Source: Giardia intestinalis (lineage: Eukaryota). Taken from it: a DNA stretch of 64,000 bases. Below the pieces are notes generated by a model. That model was not told the origin of the DNA, made no database searches, and saw nothing but the letters and a program-made list of their open reading frames with translations. Both the position numbers and the translations under genes were made by a program. Position 1 is the first letter of the stretch. The number at the start of each line of letters is the position of its first letter. The stretch lies in NCBI GenBank assembly GCA_000002435.2, contig CM018790.1; one strand, written 5' to 3'. Shown piece by piece: positions 56,522-64,000 of the stretch.

Positions 56522-59376
56522 CTTTGAAGCGAGGCTGTACGCTCCCACTCATATATCAGTGAATTTTCCAGCTGCTCTACCTTCGTCATTAGCCGCATAA
56601 TCTCGTCCTCGTATGGCTTGCCTGCCCTGTTGAGCCGAAGAGCAGTATTCAGCTGTTCGATCTCTATATTCTTTTCCTCTATCATGAAAGTAAGATCATC
56701 ATCCCTATGCATCGATAGTAGCACAGCCTTCAGCATATTAATCTCGGTCTGCTTATCCTTTAAGGATGCAGCTATCTTGACCTCTGTTTCTCTATGCAAA
56801 TCAAGAATGCAGGACTGCAACCGCTGTATTTCGAGGTCTTTAACAGACGTTATGCTAAGTATCTCATTGGCATAGGCCTCCTTCGTTGCAATTAACTGTT
56901 GAAAGTGGCTATTTTCAAGTTTGAGCCGCTCATTTTCAATAATTAGCTGATCTAGTTTCCGTTTAACACTGGGATAGTCACCATACTTTGCTAAAAGAGC
57001 TTTGAGTCGTACTATCTCACCGGCAAGGTTTGTCTGAGATGTGGGACCCAGAGTAGTTGCAGAAGAGCGATCGGCATCAGAGGACTGCCTGTACATAGTC
57101 ACAGAAGACCTCATGTGAGAAGGGAGAAGATTGTTTTCATAAAGCTGCGACACGGACATAGGGACTCCGTGCTCTAAGATAATCTGAGAGTGAGTTAGAG
57201 AAGGCTCCGGACTGCTGGAGTCTGGCGGAGAGAGAGTACCCTGCGATTCTGGGTGGACCTTAAACAAGTATCGCTTAAGATTTGCTATTTCGTTATCCTT
57301 GCGCTTTAATTCATCCTTATAGAAGCCAGCTGAAGAGCGCTTCAAGAGCTCTCGGCGTAGGTTTGCAATACTGGTATCATAGTCACTTTTGATGCTGTGG
57401 TATTTTTGTTCTATGGCTATTAGCCTTTGGCACAGAGAGTGGCAATGGCTACAATTAGGACGTGAGACTAAGTCTAATGTACAAGTGCTCAGCCCATTCT
57501 TCAGGATCACAGAATCTGCACACGATGACTCAGGTGTTGATAGAGATAGTATCTTCGAAAAGCGGACATTGGATGACCGACTAGGAGACGTTGCCTTTGG
57601 AGTAGAAATCATCTTGCCCGGTTGCAGTGCTGTAGGTATTTGAACCGCATCTGTTGGGTCATTAACAGAGCCTTTTCTGATTTTGGTATTCTTCTCTGAG
57701 GGTGCAGATAGGGAAAACGTGCCAGGGACAACCGTCCTATACCGGGGGCTCTTTGCCAAGGACTGGGACTGGTCTGGTACAAGAATTGATCTGGCCATGG
57801 GAGACAGCGATATAGGTGCACTGCTATGAAAGAGCGTGCTACCGCGCATCGAGGTATTGGCATATGCTCGAGGGGAAGCGATAGAGGTTCGTAAGAACTG
57901 ACGCGAGGCAGACCGCCGGCTCCCATCCCAAGCAATCTCTTGAGAATCATAGGATTGATGTGGATTGGATAGGATCCGCCTCGAAGCTTCCATGGCGGAG
58001 CTTGTGGTTATCGGTGTCTTTGTAAGCCACTCTGGGCCACGAAAGCTCTCCCGTAATTGATTAATAGATTCTCGAGTAGCTGCGTTGCTCACTGTGTTAC
58101 TAGAGCTCCTCCAATAATTAGGCTGAGTGGAATCTGTTGGCCTGATGTACTGGCTTTTACTCATGTAAGCTGTTTCCATCTCTGCTTTTTCATCCACCAG
58201 CCCACGGAGAGTAGAGTTGATGATGTTCACGAATGATTGTCTGCTGAAGCTATCTGATTTTTTTGATAGTTTAGGTTGACTATCAAGCCTTGTTTCTGGA
58301 GACACACCCCGAGCTATAGACGGACGGAGGGTCTCGGAAGGCTTGGGGAGTCTGCTAAGAAAGTTATTAACAAGCTCGACACAATCTCCCCGCATTTTCC
58401 CCAGAAGCGCAGTGCTTGTCAGAAGCGAGCCGTCATGGAACAGGTGCTTCCTCTTGTGGTAGGCAGAGTTATACTGACAGTCCATGATATGCTTGGAGAT
58501 ATCCGACAAGCAACCTGTTTCCGTGCATAAGAAAAGCTGATGATGTGCAAGACGGTCATTGAGCTCATATATCGTTTGTGCCAAACGTTTGATGCACAGC
58601 TCACGCCGTTCCTTAGACTGTGTGTTAGAGACTATGATGCTTCGAGCCATTAGATCAGTTGCATCATCTACCGCAGCAGGCGATGATAGGATGCAACTAG
58701 ACATCATCGGCCCTATCCGCTCTGCAGCCATCATCTGCTTTAGGAACTCCTTCTCCGGGACGTCCATGGCATTTTCCTTAGCAAAATAACAACCAAACTT
58801 CATGGTTTTGTAGGCTTCCAGCAATGAAACATCCAGTGTTACCAATTCAATGGATTGCTGACCAACGCATACCGGGCAATAAGGCGTCTTTTGTCGTTTT
58901 AAGGTGTGCTCCAAACAAAACCGGCAAATGGTTGTTCCACATGGATAGAGCTTGCAAGGCTGTATCATATGTTGATAGCAGCATCCACAGCGACTCGTTG
59001 TTCCTTCTTGCCTTATGGCCTCTGCTGCTTCCTTCTCGTCAATGGTCGGGTTTCCAAGCGCATTGCGAGGCAGTATTGATAAAAGTAGTGAATAGCACGA
59101 TGGTATTTGATAAATTGTAGGCGGTGGTAAAAACGAAAGCAGGAAGTCACTAGGGTTTTGGACGGGGGTTTCCATTGTCTGGATTAAAATTGTCTTTAGT
59201 CTGATGCTATCCTCTATTGCTGAGAGCCCAGGAAAGTCCGCCTCCTTATAAAGGGTCTGATAAATTCCATACACAGCGGCCTCGAATGATCCTTCAAAGC
59301 GGAAAGGATATTTGTATACCGAAAGGATTTGCTGGTACGTGACTGTGGCCAGTTGTGGAACAATGGCAAAGGCCAT
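56518..59376 (-). CDS. large protein with N-terminal RING-like (C4C4-type) zinc finger and long C-terminal coiled coil
   Basis: 'RCGCCYQHMIQPCKLYPCGTTICRFCLEHTLKRQKTPYCPVC' is RING-like with Cys where His is expected. The C-terminal ~250 aa are heptad-rich (..LKRKDNEIANLKRYL.., ..IIENERLKLENSHFQQLIATKEAYANEIL.., ..KNIEIEQLNTALRL..). Confidence 0.45.
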   Translation of the reverse strand: MAFAIVPQLATVTYQQILSVYKYPFRFEGSFEAAVYGIYQTLYKEADFPGLSAIEDSIRLKTILIQTMETPVQNPSDFLLSFLPPPTIYQIPSCYSLLLSILPRNALGNPTIDEKEAAEAIRQEGTTSRCGCCYQHMIQPCKLYPCGTTICRFCLEHTLKRQKTPYCPVCVGQQSIELVTLDVSLLEAYKTMKFGCYFAKENAMDVPEKEFLKQMMAAERIGPMMSSCILSSPAAVDDATDLMARSIIVSNTQSKERRELCIKRLAQTIYELNDRLAHHQLFLCTETGCLSDISKHIMDCQYNSAYHKRKHLFHDGSLLTSTALLGKMRGDCVELVNNFLSRLPKPSETLRPSIARGVSPETRLDSQPKLSKKSDSFSRQSFVNIINSTLRGLVDEKAEMETAYMSKSQYIRPTDSTQPNYWRSSSNTVSNAATRESINQLRESFRGPEWLTKTPITTSSAMEASRRILSNPHQSYDSQEIAWDGSRRSASRQFLRTSIASPRAYANTSMRGSTLFHSSAPISLSPMARSILVPDQSQSLAKSPRYRTVVPGTFSLSAPSEKNTKIRKGSVNDPTDAVQIPTALQPGKMISTPKATSPSRSSNVRFSKILSLSTPESSCADSVILKNGLSTCTLDLVSRPNCSHCHSLCQRLIAIEQKYHSIKSDYDTSIANLRRELLKRSSAGFYKDELKRKDNEIANLKRYLFKVHPESQGTLSPPDSSSPEPSLTHSQIILEHGVPMSVSQLYENNLLPSHMRSSVTMYRQSSDADRSSATTLGPTSQTNLAGEIVRLKALLAKYGDYPSVKRKLDQLIIENERLKLENSHFQQLIATKEAYANEILSITSVKDLEIQRLQSCILDLHRETEVKIAASLKDKQTEINMLKAVLLSMHRDDDLTFMIEEKNIEIEQLNTALRLNRAGKPYEDEIMRLMTKVEQLENSLIYEWERTASLQS

Positions 59377-59504
59377 TTCAGAAATTTAATTTTACCAGAG
59401 ATGGATCATTTAGTCCTATAAACTTAATGCGAAGCACTGAGGGGCCCCTCGTGTATATTATCAGGCCAGGAAATCTGTAAAAGAAAATCTGTAGAAGGTT
59501 TACA

Positions 59505-61283
59505 TTAGGGATAAGACCTTGCACCAGTGCTCAGGATCCGATAAACATTGTATCCTCCATAACCCTCTGCATTCTCGAGGGCAGTGGAGCCGCACTCATC
59601 AACTATATCGATCTCTTCTAAGAGGTACGTCACACACTTGTACGCGTCACTGCGTGAAGCAAGTATAAGCGCTGTATCGCCGCTTTTGTCGACCATCCTT
59701 TTCTCGTACGGTGCAAGCTGCCTTACTGCTATGTAATTGTTGTTACTAGCTGCCTTCATAAGGGCTGTCTCACCATTTTCGTCTTGAATACCAGTGAGTC
59801 CAATGAGAAGCTTCACAAATGGGAGGCATTCATCGGGCTCCAGAAGCACTGCATACATAAGAGCGCTGCGCCCCTCATTATCCACTATGCGTGACTCTGC
59901 TAAGAGATCCTTTGCACAGTCCAACTGCTTGCCCATCACCGCATACATAAGCGCAGTTCGGCCACCTGAATCCCGGCGTTGCAGCATTACGGATCTCAGC
60001 CTCTTCATTGCATGTCTTTTTCCAGTACATGCGTAAACCATGAGATCACTGGCGCCAACTCTGCACTTTTCATGTGGAAGGAGAAGCCTTACAACATCAA
60101 GCTTACCTGAGGAAAGGCATTCCTCTAATGGAGACATGGCCTTCTTCGGTAACAGTGGCAGTTCATCTAGCAAAAGAGACACAAGTTTAGAAGAGCCAGT
60201 TGCGGCCGCCAACGAAAGAGCACTGTACCCCGAATCATTGACGAAGCCTAGCTCATAATCCTTCAGCATCCGCACGCATTGTATTTTGTTTTCCTGTGCT
60301 GCACACATAAGGGCAGTCGTTCCATCATTGTTCATCGTTGCTTTGGCTTCATATGGAATAAGAAACTCTACTATATCTACGTGACCACCAGAAGCAGCCC
60401 CGCCCAGCCCGGTGTCACTTGAATTCTTAAACTTGTCAATGTACTGAACAAGGGCTTTTACACAGCTTAAGTGACCGCTATTCGCGGCGATATACAGAGA
60501 TGAAAACCCGTTATAGAATATCGAGTGCTCCTTTTCCATAGTCATTTTGACTATCTCCAAACAGCCTTCTCCGGCAGCCGTGTATAGTGCGGTACCCCCT
60601 ATTTTTGTCGATAGCCCTAGTTCCTTTTCCACAAGGACGCGTGCGGCATCCACACTTGAGTTTTGAGCAGCATGCATTAAAGCCGTTTCTTCATAATCAT
60701 CCCTTAGCCCAGCTTCATAAGGAAGTAGAAGTTCTGCTGTTTGGGCTTGATTTGAGAAGGCAGCAAACATTAATGCAGTATACCCACCATGGGCTCGCTT
60801 ACCCAGATCACTCTTTAACGAAATTTCCTCTTGAACTGTCGATACATCCCCCACAAATGCTGCCCACATTAGTGGTGTGATCTTTACTTTGTCCTTTTCA
60901 TTATTGTAGAACAGCTCAGCACATTGGATTTCACCTGCACACATCGCATTCATCAGCGAGCTTCCCAGTAGGTCAGTTGGCTCTACATGCCCTTGGAGCG
61001 GAAGAAGATACTGCGCGACCTCGAGAGCTCCACACTCAGCCGCATGCATTAGTGCCACCTCTCCATATGATCCTACGAGGTGCCCCTCCAGGGGCTCTAA
61101 TATTTTAACAATGTCTAAGTAGTTGTGACGGGCTGCGTGCATAAGTGCAGTCATTTTCATGGAGTCATAAATTCCAGCATAGCTCAGAAACATCTGCACC
61201 ATCTCTGGGTTATTGTCCCGTACTGCATCAAACAACGGAGAGACATCATCGTAAATCTCGTATTGCCCGATCCTCCGATGCAT
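59505..61283 (-). CDS. ankyrin-repeat protein ('protein 21.1' type, all-ankyrin)
   Basis: 592 aa, almost entirely 33-aa ankyrin units ('TALMHAARHNYLDIVKIL', 'TALMFAAFSNQAQTAELLL', 'TALMHAAQNSSVDAARVLV', 'TALMCAAQENKIQCVRML', 'TALMYAVMGKQLDCAKDLL', 'SALMYAVLLEPDEC', 'TALMKAASNNNYIAVRQL'). Confidence 0.75.
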   Translation of the reverse strand: MHRRIGQYEIYDDVSPLFDAVRDNNPEMVQMFLSYAGIYDSMKMTALMHAARHNYLDIVKILEPLEGHLVGSYGEVALMHAAECGALEVAQYLLPLQGHVEPTDLLGSSLMNAMCAGEIQCAELFYNNEKDKVKITPLMWAAFVGDVSTVQEEISLKSDLGKRAHGGYTALMFAAFSNQAQTAELLLPYEAGLRDDYEETALMHAAQNSSVDAARVLVEKELGLSTKIGGTALYTAAGEGCLEIVKMTMEKEHSIFYNGFSSLYIAANSGHLSCVKALVQYIDKFKNSSDTGLGGAASGGHVDIVEFLIPYEAKATMNNDGTTALMCAAQENKIQCVRMLKDYELGFVNDSGYSALSLAAATGSSKLVSLLLDELPLLPKKAMSPLEECLSSGKLDVVRLLLPHEKCRVGASDLMVYACTGKRHAMKRLRSVMLQRRDSGGRTALMYAVMGKQLDCAKDLLAESRIVDNEGRSALMYAVLLEPDECLPFVKLLIGLTGIQDENGETALMKAASNNNYIAVRQLAPYEKRMVDKSGDTALILASRSDAYKCVTYLLEEIDIVDECGSTALENAEGYGGYNVYRILSTGARSYP

Positions 61284-61299
61284 CGCTTTATAAAATTAA
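61284..61299. promoter_or_regulatory. 16-bp bidirectional AT-rich initiator region between ankyrin gene (-) and hypothetical gene (+)
   Basis: CGCTTTATAAAATTAA is flanked by CAT (ATG on the minus strand) and ATG. Confidence 0.45.
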
Positions 61300-62454
61300 A
61301 TGACAGCCAATTACATATACACACCCAAGGATAATCCTCGTGAACATACAGATGTTTACAAGCCAACAATATTTATGACGGACACGCTATCTCCGTCACA
61401 GGGATCCCCAAAGGAGCCAGCTGGACGAAGATCTGTTAGGTTTTCGTCCATAGAAACAACTTTACCCGTTAATAGGTCAAGCCTTCTTACTGGCTCACAT
61501 ACTGCAGAGCCACATACCACGCAAAGAGTACCTAAAACAGCACAGCATCGGAGAGCAGAAGGATTCTCAACCATGCCTTTACAGCGGCCAAAGAGCACTC
61601 TTGCAGCGTCATCTGAAAAGCGTCCCATTGCAGAGTCCACAGACTTAAAGCCTATGCTAGATGAAGGCAGGTACTTCCTAGCAACCTCTAGCTCTGCTTC
61701 TGACTCCAAAGTGTCACGCATATCATGTGCCAATCAACTTTCGCAAGCCTCTAGAAGCGAAGACACCCGGATAGATTCATCGTTTTCTAGTGCATCTAAC
61801 AAGACTCAACGCCACACCTCATCTACCCGGCATAATCCTCTGTTGGATGGTCCGACGTCACGGCCCGAGTACATTGCAAAGGGGCCAGTCGAGCAAGAGA
61901 TCCCTTTGCCGCAGTTCCATGTCATCAAGCTATTGCAAGCAGAATACGTCCTACTATTGCTCAGAAATGAGCGTTTGCAAAAGTATCGCGCCTTTTGTGC
62001 ATTTACCCACAATTTGTTATTGAAGACGCTTAGGAATAAGGCAGCAAGCATACGCACAGAGGTTTTAAAAGCTGCATATTCAGATCTGGCCCAATCCCTC
62101 AACGCTGCGAACGCCGCTCTTCAGGACATTTCTAAGAGAACACTTGCTACGTTTACTCCATCTACTCTCAAGCAACTCAGTGCTTTGAATGATGCTGTGG
62201 AGGCATGTACGGCTGCGAGGTTACGAGGGCTGAGTCTTGTTCCTGCTAGTGAGTGCACGGAGCGCTTGTTAGAGCTGCTCAGAGCTGCTGATGAATTTCT
62301 CGAGCACATTTCTCCCATTGAAGCTGACGTAGCGATTGATTCAGCAGAAGGGGTTAATGCTGGACTAGTGAGTCATCTCTGCAGATCAACAGCGAGGCTA
62401 CAGGCGCTGATTTATGAGGCTGCCCTTCTGGGTCACAGGAAAGATCATGGTTAA
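61300..62454 (+). CDS. hypothetical protein (384 aa): Ser/Thr-rich N-terminal half, helical C-terminal half
   Basis: ORF with an ATG start in an AT-rich initiator. No motif recognised. Confidence 0.4.
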   Translation: MTANYIYTPKDNPREHTDVYKPTIFMTDTLSPSQGSPKEPAGRRSVRFSSIETTLPVNRSSLLTGSHTAEPHTTQRVPKTAQHRRAEGFSTMPLQRPKSTLAASSEKRPIAESTDLKPMLDEGRYFLATSSSASDSKVSRISCANQLSQASRSEDTRIDSSFSSASNKTQRHTSSTRHNPLLDGPTSRPEYIAKGPVEQEIPLPQFHVIKLLQAEYVLLLLRNERLQKYRAFCAFTHNLLLKTLRNKAASIRTEVLKAAYSDLAQSLNAANAALQDISKRTLATFTPSTLKQLSALNDAVEACTAARLRGLSLVPASECTERLLELLRAADEFLEHISPIEADVAIDSAEGVNAGLVSHLCRSTARLQALIYEAALLGHRKDHG

Positions 62455-62477
62455 AAAAACACTATATAATTTGAACC

Positions 62478-63326
62478 ATGTATGCGACAATCTCGCCAAT
62501 TGTAGTGCTCAACGACTCCACGCGGATTCTTGCTGACCTGTTTTATCGCCTATCAACGTTCAAGGGTGAGTTCGGCTTCCGTGTCTCGCTTCGCCTGGGT
62601 TACCTCAAAGACCCTATGCCTATGCTTTCCAACTGTATTTTTCACCAAAAGTGCTACAGGGAGACAACACGTGTCATTGGGGAGACATATAAACTGCTGG
62701 AGGTTCTTCCAGCGTCTGTTTTTGAGAAGCTTCTCTATGCGTTTATATTCCCTGAAAAGCCTGCCCCTGCACCGAGGGCAGGCTCCTCTGTTCTAAAGCC
62801 ATCAGACCTACCTCCCTTCGACCTTAATTTTAGGCGTAGCATGCAATCAGAGCTTAATTCTGTTATAGTTACAGAGAACCATACTGACGGCGTTCTTACG
62901 CATAAATACATTCAGCATGAATTTTTTTCATCGACACTTGTCTGCGGTGGTGCCACACGCCTCTTAGTCGAACAAGTTGTCGAAGACACCCGTGCAATCT
63001 CGGCCAATACCTGCGAAGTTTATAAGTGGTCGCGCTGCATACGTCTAGGAGATACACTCAAGGATAGTGACCTTCTAGCACAACTGCCTTTGCAGTTGGT
63101 GTTCGAACTTGAGGAAACAACCTTCGAGACTCGCTACCTTTTCAGAGTAGAAGTTCTGCAGATTGATGAACTTTTGGAGGTAGGATCCCGTGAGCTTAGT
63201 AATATAGACTACGAAGCTGATATTCAAGCGGCTCAAAAATGTCTTACAGAGACTCTTTTCTGGAAGTACGCCGACGCCATCTTACGACTTCAGGCAGGCG
63301 TGGACAGAATTCTCAGCCTTAGCTAA
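62478..63326 (+). CDS. hypothetical protein (282 aa)
   Basis: ORF with an ATG start. No motif recognised. Confidence 0.4.
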   Translation: MYATISPIVVLNDSTRILADLFYRLSTFKGEFGFRVSLRLGYLKDPMPMLSNCIFHQKCYRETTRVIGETYKLLEVLPASVFEKLLYAFIFPEKPAPAPRAGSSVLKPSDLPPFDLNFRRSMQSELNSVIVTENHTDGVLTHKYIQHEFFSSTLVCGGATRLLVEQVVEDTRAISANTCEVYKWSRCIRLGDTLKDSDLLAQLPLQLVFELEETTFETRYLFRVEVLQIDELLEVGSRELSNIDYEADIQAAQKCLTETLFWKYADAILRLQAGVDRILSLS

Positions 63327-63378
63327 TCATAACCTAGGTAGTCATATAAAATACTCTAGGTTTATGTTAATAAACTTA

Positions 63379-64000
63379 CTAAATTGTTAGTGGCTGGAGA
63401 GATCCATTGCCTGCGCATCCGCGCTTGCACACTGTCAGGCCGAGTGCAAGGCCAATGGCCCCGCCTACAAGAACGGCCACGCCAAGGGTGATCCCTGTGA
63501 TCGCGCCTGGGCCGAGGCTACGCTTGACCGACGAGCCTCCGCAGTAGTTCTCCAGGGGGAGATCTCCGTCCGCACAACGGAGGCAGAGGACGGCGCCTGA
63601 CCATGCCTGCGCCTGGCAGAGCCCGCACCCGTGGATGCCTGCCATCCGAAGCCCCTGGGGCGCCGTCTGGTCGCAGGGCACACAGTCCCGGGGGCCTCCG
63701 AGGGGCGTCGCCTGGAAGTACCCGTCGGCACAGGCCAGACAGCTGGCTGCCGACGAACAAGCGGCGCACAGAGGGGGGCATGCCAGGCAGCGGTCGCCTG
63801 CCAGGTGCCAGCCCCTCTTGCAGGAGGTGCAGACGCCCCCGTCGCAACGGGCGCAGCCGGCCGCGGTGCACGGGCTGCACGAGCCCCCGGAGAGCCCGTA
63901 GCCCTCCGCGCAGGCGTGGCACGTGACCCCCGCCCTTGTCAGGTCTGCTGCGCACACGGCACAGTGTGGAATTCCCGTGAAACCGTTCTGACTTGTTGCG
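63379..64000 (-). CDS. VSP/HCMP-like cysteine-rich surface protein, partial (5' end lies beyond the window); C-terminal TM and short tail
   Basis: CXXC/CXC-rich frame ('CHACAEGYGLSGGSCSPCTAAGCARCDGGVCTSCKRGWHLAGDRCLACPPLCAACSSAASCLACADGYF..'). The C-terminal 'GAITGITLGVAVLVGGAIGLALGLTV' TM is followed by 'CKRGCAGNGSLQPLTI'. The frame stays open upstream of the track's GTG 'start' to the window edge. This segment is strongly GC-rich (63460-64000), with spurious ORFs in the other frames. Confidence 0.55.
   Translation of the reverse strand, partial: ATSQNGFTGIPHCAVCAADLTRAGVTCHACAEGYGLSGGSCSPCTAAGCARCDGGVCTSCKRGWHLAGDRCLACPPLCAACSSAASCLACADGYFQATPLGGPRDCVPCDQTAPQGLRMAGIHGCGLCQAQAWSGAVLCLRCADGDLPLENYCGGSSVKRSLGPGAITGITLGVAVLVGGAIGLALGLTVCKRGCAGNGSLQPLTI

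Noticed and set aside
63379-63957. Calling the terminal Cys-rich gene a canonical VSP
   Set aside because: The tail is CKRGCAGNGSLQPLTI and not the invariant CRGKA, and the 5' end is missing. It is reported only as VSP/HCMP-like.
1-64000. A prokaryotic defence, CRISPR or mobile 'system'
   Set aside because: The window is eukaryotic. Genes are long and monocistronic, and a eukaryote-type tRNA lacks encoded CCA. Gene content is lineage-typical for a diplomonad: NEK-ankyrin, 21.1 ankyrin, HCMP/VSP and kinesin-2. I found no CRISPR repeats, RT, transposase, integrase or restriction/toxin motifs in any long ORF.

Overview
This window is eukaryotic, not prokaryotic. It is a gene-dense ~64 kb nuclear segment most consistent with Giardia (a diplomonad), for these reasons.

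- **Genome style.** Long intronless ORFs sit on both strands, often head-to-head with only 16-35 bp of AT-rich sequence before the ATG, which is the Giardia initiator style.
- **Lineage hallmarks.** A NEK-like (pseudo)kinase fused to ankyrin repeats, a 'protein 21.1'-type all-ankyrin protein, a CXXC/CXC-rich high-cysteine membrane protein (HCMP) plus a VSP-like partial gene, and kinesin-2.
- **Giardia's characteristic fermentative and Fe-S genes.** Carbamate kinase, a bacterial-type Fe-S L-serine dehydratase and Nbp35 paralogues.

I call about 41 protein-coding genes and one tRNA-Ala(AGC). The ORF track allows GTG/TTG starts; where its first codon was not ATG I moved the start to the first in-frame ATG. 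My nucleotide-level reading can be off by +/-1-2 nt.

I found no CRISPR array, no prokaryotic defence or mobile system, and no reverse transcriptase or transposase. The features worth a second look are:

- **Nbp35 duplication.** Two Nbp35-like CIA-scaffold paralogues lie 4 kb apart.
- **Pch2/TRIP13.** A clear HORMA-remodelling AAA+ ATPase (meiosis/checkpoint toolkit).
- **GC-rich islands.** Several sharply bounded GC-rich blocks have all six frames open: 800-1757, 3150-3650 around the tRNA, 39560-40300 straddling an intergenic region with GC3 gradients running into both flanking genes, and 63460-64000.
- **ORF-free start.** The first 1.75 kb of the window has no credible ORF.
- **TM2-domain gene.** A short, prokaryote-like TM2-domain gene sits alone in a 1.5 kb low-density AT-rich stretch.
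- **Cytosolic carboxypeptidase.** A 1422-aa tubulin-deglutamylase-type protein.
- **BBS8-like protein.** A TPR protein carrying an SR-repeat insert.
- **Compact gene arrangements.** Ultra-short bidirectional promoters and overlapping gene ends.
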